This document shows positions 9,116 through 18,589 of a DNA stretch of 57,609 bases, piece by piece. Under the pieces are notes generated by a model. The model saw only the letters and a program-made list of their open reading frames with translations, was not told the origin of the DNA and ran no database searches. Origin of the DNA: an uncultured archaeon (lineage in GTDB: Archaea > Asgardarchaeota > Lokiarchaeia > Sigyniarchaeales > SOKP01). Each line of letters starts with the position of its first letter. The stretch's first letter is position 1. The stretch spans positions 1-57,609 of the forward strand of contig CAZBPC010000007.1 of assembly GCA_964493715.1 (NCBI GenBank), in the 5' to 3' direction. The position numbers and the translations under genes are program-made.

Positions 9116-10468
9116 TTGAAAAATTTAGATCCTTTCTTTCATCCAAATAGTATTTTAATTATTGGAGTATCGCGAAAGACGGAAACGTTCAGTTATACCC
9201 TCCTTAAAAATCTATTAGAAGTTTTATATAAGGGGAAAATTTTCATACTAAACCCAAATGCTGATGAAATTTTAGGAGTCAAATCATATCATTCACTCGA
9301 GGAATTACCAGAGATCCCTGAACTAGCGGTTATAGTCTTAGGTAAAAACGTTGCTTCTCTTTTTGAAAAATTAGCAAAATTTGGTGTGAAGAATATAGCC
9401 ATTGAGTCAGAATTGCGTGTTGATAAGGAAGATGCAGATCTTATTGAGCAATTAAACAAAATGAGTCTGGAATACGATGTAGCTTATATGGGACCTTCGA
9501 TGATTGGCATCATTAATTTCATAAATAACTTCACAACTTCGATTATACCCGTACGACAATATTTAATGCAGAAACATAGAAAAATTAAAGCAGGTGTTAG
9601 TTTTATTGCTCAATCTGGAGGATTAGCAGGTGCGATGGGATGGTGGGCTCCTTCTCAAGATATACCCATATCTAAAGTGATTCATTTAGGTTATGGGTTC
9701 AATATAGACGATGCGGATGTTTTAGACTATTTCATGCAAGATGATTCAACTCAAATTATCTTACTTTTTCTCAGAGAAATCACGGATAGAATAATAGAAG
9801 CAGTTAAAAATATTTCTCCAATTAAACCCGTGTTATTCTTCTACGTAGGCAAGGACATTTCAAGAGAGGAACAATTAAGTCATGCTGGTGGAATGGTGGT
9901 ATCAAATTACATGGAATTATTTGAATTTGCGAAAATTTTTTTATGGTGTCCTGAACCGAAAGGACCTAATTTAGGAATCATCGGGCCTAGTTCTGGTGCA
10001 ATCTATATTATAATTAAAGAAATGCGTAAACAGGGATTATCAATAGCAAAACTAACTAATAAAAACAAACAGATCATTCTAGATAAAGTTGGTGGCTCCA
10101 CTTGCAATTTAGGAAATCCTGTTGATTATTGGCCACCTGATCGATTCGTTGGTACCAAAATATGTGGTATCTATAATACTTCCTCACATGCGCTCCTACA
10201 AGATGACTCAGTTGATGGATTGATTTTAGCTTTAGAATTTTTTGTCGAGATCGAATTTGATTTTAATATATTTGAAAATATCAAGGAATCTTATCCTAAT
10301 AAACCAATTATAACCGTTTTAATTCAAGCTGAACGTGATGGTTCAAAAAGAGTTATAAAATCTGCTTCAGATCTAAAAATTCCCGTTTTTGAAAATGAAA
10401 TAGAGCGCGCTGTTCGGGGATATAAGCTTTTATTTGATTGGCATTCGAAAATTAAAAGGAAAAAATAA
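9116..10468 (+). CDS. Acyl-CoA synthetase (NDP-forming) alpha-subunit-like CoA-binding protein, phospho-His loop degenerate
   Basis: FFHPNSILIIGVS, LNPNADEILG, FIAQSGG, GNPVD; no SHTG loop. Confidence 0.75.
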   Translation: MKNLDPFFHPNSILIIGVSRKTETFSYTLLKNLLEVLYKGKIFILNPNADEILGVKSYHSLEELPEIPELAVIVLGKNVASLFEKLAKFGVKNIAIESELRVDKEDADLIEQLNKMSLEYDVAYMGPSMIGIINFINNFTTSIIPVRQYLMQKHRKIKAGVSFIAQSGGLAGAMGWWAPSQDIPISKVIHLGYGFNIDDADVLDYFMQDDSTQIILLFLREITDRIIEAVKNISPIKPVLFFYVGKDISREEQLSHAGGMVVSNYMELFEFAKIFLWCPEPKGPNLGIIGPSSGAIYIIIKEMRKQGLSIAKLTNKNKQIILDKVGGSTCNLGNPVDYWPPDRFVGTKICGIYNTSSHALLQDDSVDGLILALEFFVEIEFDFNIFENIKESYPNKPIITVLIQAERDGSKRVIKSASDLKIPVFENEIERAVRGYKLLFDWHSKIKRKK

Positions 10469-10532
10469 TTTCCTAATAAATGAAACCGTAGCTAGTGAAT
10501 TAAAACAAATAAATAAGAAAAAAGAAAAGAAA

Positions 10533-11792
10533 TTAACTCGAAAAAATGTCTCTTAACTCTTCTGGAACATTATCAGTATCATCAGTTACAGATAGAATGT
10601 ACATCTTTTCGCCACAATTACATCGAGCACTTTCAAATAAATAATACTGAAATTCATTTTTCCATGTGCAAATTTGCACGTTGATAATTTCAACAACTTC
10701 TCCACATTCACAATAAATATTAGCGTCCTTTCCGTATGATGGAATGATTTTTGTGAAATCTATTGGTGCACTTGCAAAATCAGATTCGTTTAACATTTTA
10801 TTAATTTGACCCGCGATCTCCTTCCGTAAACGTGGAGCAAATTGTTCGATAACTCCTTCTTTTGCTTTTATTTCAGTTAGAACAATGAAATTTTGTTCAG
10901 CTTTTTCAGGCTTTTGTGTTTTAATCGAAATTGGTTGATCAAGTTGCTTTAAGTTTTCAGGAATTGGTATCGGTTCCATTCCGGGAGGATACGCGAATGT
11001 ATAGTAGTATTGAGTTAGTCCTTTGAAGGCTTTTTGATTGATCAAATCCAAGTTTTCATAGTCTGCACTATGGAGAACAAATTTAATTAACTGAAGAGGC
11101 ACTTTTATATCCAATAGCTTGTCTCTGATGTTGTCAAGAACTTCTTGGACATAGCTTTTTAAAACAGCTATATCGTCTCGATTTATAGTATATATATCAT
11201 TCCGATTCTCTTCTTTAAATCTTGTCCATTTTCTTAATACGGTTCCCTTTAAAAGTTGTGGAAGCATGCAGAAAACGCATAAAATAGGAAACATGAATGT
11301 GTAATCGAGACCAGGAATAAAAGCTAATACAGTAATAACTACTAATAAGGGAATAGTCACCATAAAGCTTAACTTGCGAAGTCTCTTGTCAGCTGATGTG
11401 TTAAAACCATTTTCAGTAGCTGCTGCTTCTGCTCGTGCTTTTACCTGGAGTATTATTTTATCTATTTTTGTTTCCTCAAATTTTATCTTCAAAAGCTTGT
11501 CGTCTTCATTTGTTCCCAAGGTCTCAATTTTCGACGTAAGTTTTTCAAGATATTTATCAACACTTTTATCTTTGAAAATGAAGTCTAATGTTTCTTCAGA
11601 AAAATAGTCTAAAAAACGAGCAATGAATAATTTTTCTTCAATATCAGATATATCTTCCTGTTTCATTCCTAATTTTTCTTGAATTAATTGCGCTTGCGTT
11701 TTTCTAACGGGTCTTCGTGATCGTCTCGAGTTTCTTTCTTCATCTCCGGAAGAATCAGTATTCGTGTTCGGTTTATTTTCTTGTTCAGTCAT
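10533..11792 (-). CDS. Hypothetical membrane protein with two TM helices and a C-terminal Cys cluster
   Basis: 419-aa ORF; hydrophobic hairpin near aa 141-181; YCECG...C...RCNCG. Confidence 0.7.
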   Translation of the reverse strand: MTEQENKPNTNTDSSGDEERNSRRSRRPVRKTQAQLIQEKLGMKQEDISDIEEKLFIARFLDYFSEETLDFIFKDKSVDKYLEKLTSKIETLGTNEDDKLLKIKFEETKIDKIILQVKARAEAAATENGFNTSADKRLRKLSFMVTIPLLVVITVLAFIPGLDYTFMFPILCVFCMLPQLLKGTVLRKWTRFKEENRNDIYTINRDDIAVLKSYVQEVLDNIRDKLLDIKVPLQLIKFVLHSADYENLDLINQKAFKGLTQYYYTFAYPPGMEPIPIPENLKQLDQPISIKTQKPEKAEQNFIVLTEIKAKEGVIEQFAPRLRKEIAGQINKMLNESDFASAPIDFTKIIPSYGKDANIYCECGEVVEIINVQICTWKNEFQYYLFESARCNCGEKMYILSVTDDTDNVPEELRDIFSS

Positions 11793-11978
11793 AATTTTTC
11801 ATTAAATTAATAGAATATGGTGAATAATTATGCAAACATAATTAACTTTATGATCAAATCTAAACAAATTTTAGATAAAACGAAACGAGCTCTATCATTT
11901 GTCTATTACGACTATAATTAGTAAAATTTGAAAAATATATACTGAAAAAAGAATAAATAAAAAATGATAGAGTTATAT

Positions 11979-12209
11979 CTAATAAGGTACGTTAACAACT
12001 TCCGTAACTTCAGGAATAATTTGTTTGAGAGTTCTTTCAACACCGAGTGTTAAAGTCTGCTGAGCATGCATGCATCCTGCACAATGGCCAAGCAGCCGAA
12101 CTTTCACAACTCCATCGTCTGTTACTTCGATTAAGTCGATATCTCCACCATCGGCTTGTAGCTGAGGGCGAATTTTATCAATTACTTGCTTAACTTTTTC
12201 TTTATCCAT
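11979..12209 (-). CDS. NifU/NfuA C-terminal domain Fe-S cluster carrier
   Basis: IRPQLQADGGDI, LLGHCAGC, TLTLGVE. Confidence 0.92.
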   Translation of the reverse strand: MDKEKVKQVIDKIRPQLQADGGDIDLIEVTDDGVVKVRLLGHCAGCMHAQQTLTLGVERTLKQIIPEVTEVVNVPY

Positions 12210-12435
12210 TTTAAATCATGTGAATTAGTAATTTTTTCTTATAATAATAAATAAGAGTTCGTATATAAACCGTTTCTTAATAAAAAATGGAAGAACACTT
12301 TAAAAGCATTATAATTTTTAAAGAAATATAACTCTATTGTTATTAATTATGACCTTGCTTTTCTTGGTGTAGAATAAAAAAGTATTTTTTCAATCAAAAA
12401 CTCATTATCAAAATAATAAGAAAATTACGATACAA

Positions 12436-12813
12436 ATGAAACCTAATGAATTTGCAAATAACTTGAACGATGTTCAAGATTTGATGGCAAAGGAGAAATA
12501 TAAAGAAGCACTTGTACTTCTTGAGCATCTCAAAGAACTTGATAAAACATCAGATTTTGATTATAATTTAACTCACAAATTATATCAACTAGATTCTAAT
12601 ACTCGCTCATTATATAATCAAAAAGTAATCTTAGAAAGATTAAAATCAATTAATAAGGATATTAAACTAATTTCTATTGCAGAGTTTAACGAAATGTTGA
12701 GATTAAAGGATAATCTTTTATTAGAAGAGCCAATTTTAAGAAGAGAATTGGAAATATTAATTTTAAGAGGTATCATTTCCATTGAATTTCAAGGAATAAT
12801 GCTAAAATTATAA
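12436..12813 (+). CDS. Hypothetical protein; helical N-terminus plus possible PCI-like winged helix
   Basis: 125-aa ORF; C-terminal ISIAEF...LEILILRGIISIEF pattern. Confidence 0.55.
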   Translation: MKPNEFANNLNDVQDLMAKEKYKEALVLLEHLKELDKTSDFDYNLTHKLYQLDSNTRSLYNQKVILERLKSINKDIKLISIAEFNEMLRLKDNLLLEEPILRRELEILILRGIISIEFQGIMLKL

Positions 12814-12905
12814 ATTCCACCTGATAAAATACAGCTACTGAAAATCTCGGCTTTTTTAAACTTATTTTTAGAAAAATTAAAAATAAGCTAATAAGTGATA
12901 AAATT

Positions 12906-13508
12906 ATAATAATAGACGCCTTAGAGAAGACAATTCAATTAAAAATTGTGTATTATGGTCCCGCTTTATCTGGTAAGACTACATCAATCAAGACCTTGTT
13001 TGACCATTTTGGAAAAAGAGATGAGCTTTGCAGCATAGAAAGTACCGTAAGGAGGACATTATTTTTTGATTATGGCATAATCTCCTTTCAAAACGAAGAG
13101 TGGTTGCTTAAACTTAATTTATATTCGTGTACTGGGCAAGATTTCTATATTGTTACACGACCAATAACTTTAAGAGGCGTGGATGGGATTATCTTTGTTG
13201 CGGACTCTCAAATCTCAGCTTTTGATAGGAATATAGTCTCTTGGAATGAGTTAAAAACATATTTTGATGATAATTTTAAAAATCTCCCCTTAGTGATCGC
13301 ATTTAACAAGCAAGATTTACCAAAAAAATTTAGTTCAGAGACTTTCCTGAAGAAAATCAATTTCAAGACTTATAGAAATAAGGAGGTTAAGTACACGATT
13401 GCTGTAAATGGAGAAAATATCCTTAGCAGCTTTGAAGACATCTTAAGATTGATTTTCATTAATATAATAAAAAACTCTGAAGTTTTTCCCAAGATTAAAA
13501 CTAAATAG
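12906..13508 (+). CDS. MglA-like small GTPase (start uncertain; ORF track uses GTG 12948)
   Basis: IQLKIVYYGPALSGKTT, RRTLFFD, CTGQ, GVDGIIFVADS, NKQD. Similarity to MglA extends upstream of the first canonical start codon. Confidence 0.85.
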   Translation: MIIDALEKTIQLKIVYYGPALSGKTTSIKTLFDHFGKRDELCSIESTVRRTLFFDYGIISFQNEEWLLKLNLYSCTGQDFYIVTRPITLRGVDGIIFVADSQISAFDRNIVSWNELKTYFDDNFKNLPLVIAFNKQDLPKKFSSETFLKKINFKTYRNKEVKYTIAVNGENILSSFEDILRLIFINIIKNSEVFPKIKTK

Positions 13509-13556
13509 ATTCTTACAGTCTTAGGTAATAGTACTTTTAATGATCTAATGAGGATA

Positions 13557-14783
13557 TTAGAAAAAATCGGAAGATACTGATGTTTGAAGTCTGATATTTT
13601 TCTGCTCGTTATCTTCTAAAATCGTAATAAGAGCAGAGACATTTTGTTTTGTTTCATACATGATCTCTTTCTCTTCTCCAGAGTTCCATTCGCTAAATCC
13701 TTCTAAAGTGGAAATGGTTTCGAATAATCCTTCGAGTAATCCTGAAAGTTTAACCGTTACACCATGGAGTTTATCTTTTGATGCATTCTTGATTTTTACA
13801 ATGTATTTATCCATGTCTGAATCGATAGAAATAATCTTAAACACTTTTTGAAATTTTGACGAGAGTCCTTCAAATAAAGTTGGTGCACTCGAATTTTGAC
13901 CAGCAAAAAGACTAACTCCAATTTTAGCCTCATCAACGGGTTTCGATACAACGGTAATAGGGATATTAAACTTCATCTTATCGCGACCTATCAAGGGTTT
14001 CCCAATTACTTTTAATGACCATTTGGAGTAATCTCCAAATTTGAATCCCCAATCTTCCTTTTCGTGGGCTTCCCACACATAATTATGTGAAGGTTCAGCA
14101 ATTTCTGGAATTTTCAGAAATAAAAACCCTTTTTCAACGTTCGTTGTTTTTGCATCTCCCGCAATAGCAGGAGGAAGTTTTTGTACTTTTCTACAATTTT
14201 GACCATAAGCATCACAATTGCATATTAAATTTGCTTCTTGCAAGAGTCGTATTTCTATTTCTTTAAGATCTTCTCCCGAAAAATTAATTTTGATTGTCTC
14301 TCCAGGTTTAAATATGTCTTTTGACAGATTGATATTTAATCCCGATAAAGAAAAAGATATTGGATTTGATTTTTTTGTTTGTACACCTTGACCTTTCGAT
14401 CTTATCTCTATTTTCTGAGTTCTATTAATGAGTAAATCATCACCTGGATTTATAGGATGAGGTTGTCGCATAATAAGCTTAATGATATATTCTAAATTAC
14501 GGTTTTTTATGGTTGGGACAACATTATTTTTAATGAGCATTGTTCTATTTCGAATGTATTCTCCTGATTCAAAATCCCCCTTGGAAAAAATTTCTGCTTT
14601 AGCAATCTGTAGTTCTTTGGCGCATGGAGGATTAGTTATAAGTTGGATTCCACTCCATAAAATAGATGTATCTTCTTCAAAGATAAATTTAGACCTAACG
14701 TTTAACTTGTCTCCAACATACACGGAGCCGTTATTTAAATCTCCAAGCTCGATTTTCATAGTCTTAACGAAGGTTTCTATCAC
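13557..14783 (-). CDS. Arrestin-fold (arrestin N + C / Vps26-like) protein with an extra C-terminal beta domain
   Basis: VYVGDKLNV, FESGEY......IKNNVVPT...LEYIIK and LNINLSKDIFKPGETIKINF match arrestin-domain patterns. ATG at 14759 is an alternative start. Confidence 0.55.
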   Translation of the reverse strand: MIETFVKTMKIELGDLNNGSVYVGDKLNVRSKFIFEEDTSILWSGIQLITNPPCAKELQIAKAEIFSKGDFESGEYIRNRTMLIKNNVVPTIKNRNLEYIIKLIMRQPHPINPGDDLLINRTQKIEIRSKGQGVQTKKSNPISFSLSGLNINLSKDIFKPGETIKINFSGEDLKEIEIRLLQEANLICNCDAYGQNCRKVQKLPPAIAGDAKTTNVEKGFLFLKIPEIAEPSHNYVWEAHEKEDWGFKFGDYSKWSLKVIGKPLIGRDKMKFNIPITVVSKPVDEAKIGVSLFAGQNSSAPTLFEGLSSKFQKVFKIISIDSDMDKYIVKIKNASKDKLHGVTVKLSGLLEGLFETISTLEGFSEWNSGEEKEIMYETKQNVSALITILEDNEQKNIRLQTSVSSDFF

Positions 14784-14917
14784 AATAAATTAATGGATTT
14801 TAATAACATTTATTATTGATCTTTTAAACTACATAACGTTTCATGACAATTTAGTATTATTAAAATATTCAAGGATTTGTGAGATTTTTTGTCTAAAATG
14901 ATCAATTAATTACTTTT

Positions 14918-15835
14918 CTAATGATTAATAATAACTTCATATGAGTGCTGTTCAAATAATTTTGTTATTTCATGTATATTACTATCAGTTAAATTTCCAA
15001 AATCCTTATGAAAGCTTTCCATTCCCATTTTTTCATATTTTGTCTTTGTTAATTTATTATAGGGCATTAAATGTATTATACCATTATAGTTAACATTATG
15101 TAGAAAGGCTATAATTTGCTGAATTGTATTTATATCTGTATTAACACTTGGTATTAATGGTATTCGGGGTATAATTCTTTCACTCCCTACTTTAGAGAGA
15201 ATTTTAGAGAAGTTTGTGAGAATTTTTTCATTAAATACGTTTGTAAATTTTTTATGTTTGTTCGTATCAACCAATTTAATATCAAATAGAAATAAATCCA
15301 CATATTTGACTAATTCGCTTATTAAATTTTCATTAAAATACCCACACGTTTCTATTGCAGTGTGAATTCCTTGATTTTTTAATGCCTTGAGCAATTCTAG
15401 AAGAAAATCTATTTGCGTAGTAGGTTCTCCTCCAGAAATAGTTACCCCTCCCCCAGAATTATCGTAAAAAGGTTTATCCCTTAATGCTATTTCTACTAAT
15501 TCATCAAGACCTCTTACAACTCCAATTTTTTCCATGACACCATTAGGACAGGCACTAATACAAGTTCCACAAGTAGTACACAAACTAAGGTTTCTTATAA
15601 TTTTTCCATTAATAAGTGATAAAGCATTATTTGGACAAGCAGTCATGCAATTACCACAAGCTTGACACTTTTCTTCGAAATAAGACATTTGCGGAAGTAA
15701 TAGTTGCGATTCAGGATTCTGGCACCACTGACATTTGAGAGGGCATCCTTTTAAAAAAATTATAGTTCTGATACCAGGGCCGTCATATATAGCATAATTT
15801 TGGACATCAAACACAATTCCGTTCATTGGACTCAT
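14918..15835 (-). CDS. Glycyl-radical enzyme activating enzyme (radical SAM with ferredoxin insert)
   Basis: DGPGIRT, GCPLKCQWCQNPE, two CxxCxxCxxxCP motifs, GGVTISGGEP; start overlaps the GRE stop (TAATG). Confidence 0.95.
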   Translation of the reverse strand: MSPMNGIVFDVQNYAIYDGPGIRTIIFLKGCPLKCQWCQNPESQLLLPQMSYFEEKCQACGNCMTACPNNALSLINGKIIRNLSLCTTCGTCISACPNGVMEKIGVVRGLDELVEIALRDKPFYDNSGGGVTISGGEPTTQIDFLLELLKALKNQGIHTAIETCGYFNENLISELVKYVDLFLFDIKLVDTNKHKKFTNVFNEKILTNFSKILSKVGSERIIPRIPLIPSVNTDINTIQQIIAFLHNVNYNGIIHLMPYNKLTKTKYEKMGMESFHKDFGNLTDSNIHEITKLFEQHSYEVIINH

Positions 15836-18435
15836 TAAACCATGGTATGTTCCGTTCTCGAAATTATTTCGTCTTGAATTTCTCTTCCCAAGTCAGTGAA
15901 ATACGCTGAATAACCCCCGACCTTAACTATGATATTTCGATAACTTTCTGGATTAATTTGTGCTGCTTTTAAGACCTCAGTAGATACGACAGTGGGTTGG
16001 AGTTGTTCTCCCCCTAAATGGAAGTACGTTTTTATCAATGAAATCCATTTTTTTTTCGATTCATTAGTTTTTCCGATTCCTGAAGGATGCATCCGAATAT
16101 TGACCGCACATCCCATTACATGTTCATATTCTAAAGCGGATACAGATCGCAATACTCCAGTAGGACCGTGCTTCTCGACATTATAAGGATTACAACTAGC
16201 AGCAAATGGTTTTCCTCCTAATCTTCCATCCGGTGTTGCGATGGAAATTCTTCCATCATAGGTATGGGTTGTCATACTATTGATAAACGGTGCGTAAAAA
16301 CCGTCTTTATAAGTTCTATATTTGTAAGTCTCTTTAAACATGTGAGAAGTCACTTCTCTCGCAAGTTCATCAGATTCGGGATAACCGTTACCCCATTTTC
16401 CATCTAAATCCAATATTAGTTTATGTACATGTTCATAACCATTGCTGAAATTATTATCGATTGCATTAATCAAGTCTTTGAAAGTGAATTTCTTTTGTTC
16501 AAAAATTAGTTTTTTAATAACGTATAATGAATCAACGGTGTTGGCAATACTCGTCATGAAAAGAATACCCTCGCAATCGTAAATAGCGCCCCCTTCCGTT
16601 ATATCCTTTTTATTCTCAAGACAACCTTGCATAAAAGCTGAGATATATGGAGCTGGAAGATATTCGGCAAATAATTTATCGCGAATTGTAGAACCATCAA
16701 CTATTTTCTTGATCATGAAATCAGATTGGATGAAAAAAGCATTCAAAAACTCATCAAAATTTGAGAATTTATCCGGATCACCCGTTTTTAAACCAGCGTT
16801 CTTGACTAAACCCACGAGAGTTTGTGAATCGCCATTTCTCAATGCCAAATCAAGGGTTCGGCACAATAATATTGAAGAAAATCCTTCTCCTCCTGTCTTT
16901 CCTGGGCTGCACATATCAACGCACCCTGTAACAGCGTATCCGTTCGCATCTTCTTTATTAAATCCTCTATTCAATAAACTCTGAATGCAAATCTCGTCGT
17001 TCATTAACGATACACTAGAAAGGCCGTGATAATGTAAATCTGCAATTTTCATTAATAATTTTTCAGGACTATTTTTATGAATGCGTACCGCAAAATTTAA
17101 GGAAGCCTTCGAACGATCGGCTGCTTCTAACATTACATAGGTTAAATCGTTGGTTGCATCCTCTCCTTTAATTGTCAATCCTCCTAATGTGACTGGTTCG
17201 GATCCTTCATACCGTTGACTAAAATCACTTGAAGCGTTAGAATATGGACGCATGTTATGACTCATAATTTTTAAAAATAATTCTTCTAAAAGCTCTCGAG
17301 CATCCTCAGGGGTGATTTGTCCACTAGCAATATCATTTTTATAAAATGGATAGAAAATCTGATCAAGTCGACCTGGTGAATGGACATTAAAAGGCATCGC
17401 TAACTCAACAGCGGTTTTAATAGTCCAATACGACTGAATTGCTTCTCTAAATGTTTCTGCTGGAAGAAGAGGAACTTTCTGGCATATTTTTAACAATTGG
17501 ATTAATACCGCTTTTTTGGAAGGATCTAAAATGCTTTTCAGCTCTTCTTCGAGTTTTTCTACTAACCTTTGCGAATAAATCACCACTCCTTCAAGAGCTA
17601 TGGATATCGATTCAAGAAAATCTTGTTCACGTTTTGAAAATATTTCATTACTAGTGATTAACTCTTGAATTTCATTTATCATGGCTAACAAACCCTTATG
17701 AATTGGTTTTTCATGATCGAGTATTAGATGCCCTTGCCATACTCCCAGAGCTGAACCAACTGAAGTAACCATATCACCTTGACCAGTAGATCGAGGTAAA
17801 TTCTGTATAAAATCTCCGAACTCTCCCGGATATATATTATTCTCAATAAAAGCTTTTCCTAATCTATCAGCTATAGTATTTTCTTTCCAATAAGGAATTA
17901 TTTCTCTAAGAAGTAATTCCTTGTCTTTTTCTTTAATCTGGTATGGATTAATTTTCCGGCTGTCTAATGTATCTATCCCTAATTCTGGCATGGCAACTCC
18001 TATACTTTTGGAGTGATCTAGAGTTTTAAGTAACCCATCAGAACCGTACTTATCAATCATGTATGACATGAAACCTTTATTACTCTCTTTAGCAAATTTT
18101 TTCATTGATTTCTTATCGAGTTCAACCTCAAAAACTCTATTAAATAATCCTCGTTCAATGTCTATAGGAATCCCTAAGAAATTTTCTGTCCAGGTGCCCA
18201 CAATTCTATCATCAGGATCAATGCTAACTCCCATTTTTTCAAAAACTTTTTTCATTGATAATGCAACACGAACATTTAATGAGATGTCACTATTTTCAGT
18301 TTTTTTCCATATTTCCGTGTAATATTTAGCCCGCTCTATTGAAATGAAAGGCATATCATCGAGCAATCTACTGCGAAGCCGTTTAATTCTATCACTCGCG
18401 TTATCAACCATTTCTAATGCTGTAGTTTCAGTCAT
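15835..18435 (-). CDS. Glycyl radical enzyme (PFL-like family, substrate unknown)
   Basis: SPGRLDQ, Cys loop TGCVD, TPDGR, Gly loop IVKVGGYSAYF near the C-terminus. Confidence 0.92.
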   Translation of the reverse strand: MTETTALEMVDNASDRIKRLRSRLLDDMPFISIERAKYYTEIWKKTENSDISLNVRVALSMKKVFEKMGVSIDPDDRIVGTWTENFLGIPIDIERGLFNRVFEVELDKKSMKKFAKESNKGFMSYMIDKYGSDGLLKTLDHSKSIGVAMPELGIDTLDSRKINPYQIKEKDKELLLREIIPYWKENTIADRLGKAFIENNIYPGEFGDFIQNLPRSTGQGDMVTSVGSALGVWQGHLILDHEKPIHKGLLAMINEIQELITSNEIFSKREQDFLESISIALEGVVIYSQRLVEKLEEELKSILDPSKKAVLIQLLKICQKVPLLPAETFREAIQSYWTIKTAVELAMPFNVHSPGRLDQIFYPFYKNDIASGQITPEDARELLEELFLKIMSHNMRPYSNASSDFSQRYEGSEPVTLGGLTIKGEDATNDLTYVMLEAADRSKASLNFAVRIHKNSPEKLLMKIADLHYHGLSSVSLMNDEICIQSLLNRGFNKEDANGYAVTGCVDMCSPGKTGGEGFSSILLCRTLDLALRNGDSQTLVGLVKNAGLKTGDPDKFSNFDEFLNAFFIQSDFMIKKIVDGSTIRDKLFAEYLPAPYISAFMQGCLENKKDITEGGAIYDCEGILFMTSIANTVDSLYVIKKLIFEQKKFTFKDLINAIDNNFSNGYEHVHKLILDLDGKWGNGYPESDELAREVTSHMFKETYKYRTYKDGFYAPFINSMTTHTYDGRISIATPDGRLGGKPFAASCNPYNVEKHGPTGVLRSVSALEYEHVMGCAVNIRMHPSGIGKTNESKKKWISLIKTYFHLGGEQLQPTVVSTEVLKAAQINPESYRNIIVKVGGYSAYFTDLGREIQDEIISRTEHTMV

Positions 18436-18589
18436 AATATTAAGTTTAAATTTATTCTTTTTTAGTATATGTAAATTTCCTAAAAATAGGTTATTAATTT
18501 TTTTCTTATATTAAATCACTAAATATGAATATATGAAAAACATATCTTATACTTTACTCCATAATTTTTGATGAATAAGGAAGAAACTA

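Noticed and set aside
15835-18435. Calling the GRE pyruvate formate-lyase (pflB) or an alkylsuccinate synthase
   Set aside because: It lacks the PFL Cys-Cys pair, and no small accessory subunit genes of fumarate-adding enzymes are adjacent.
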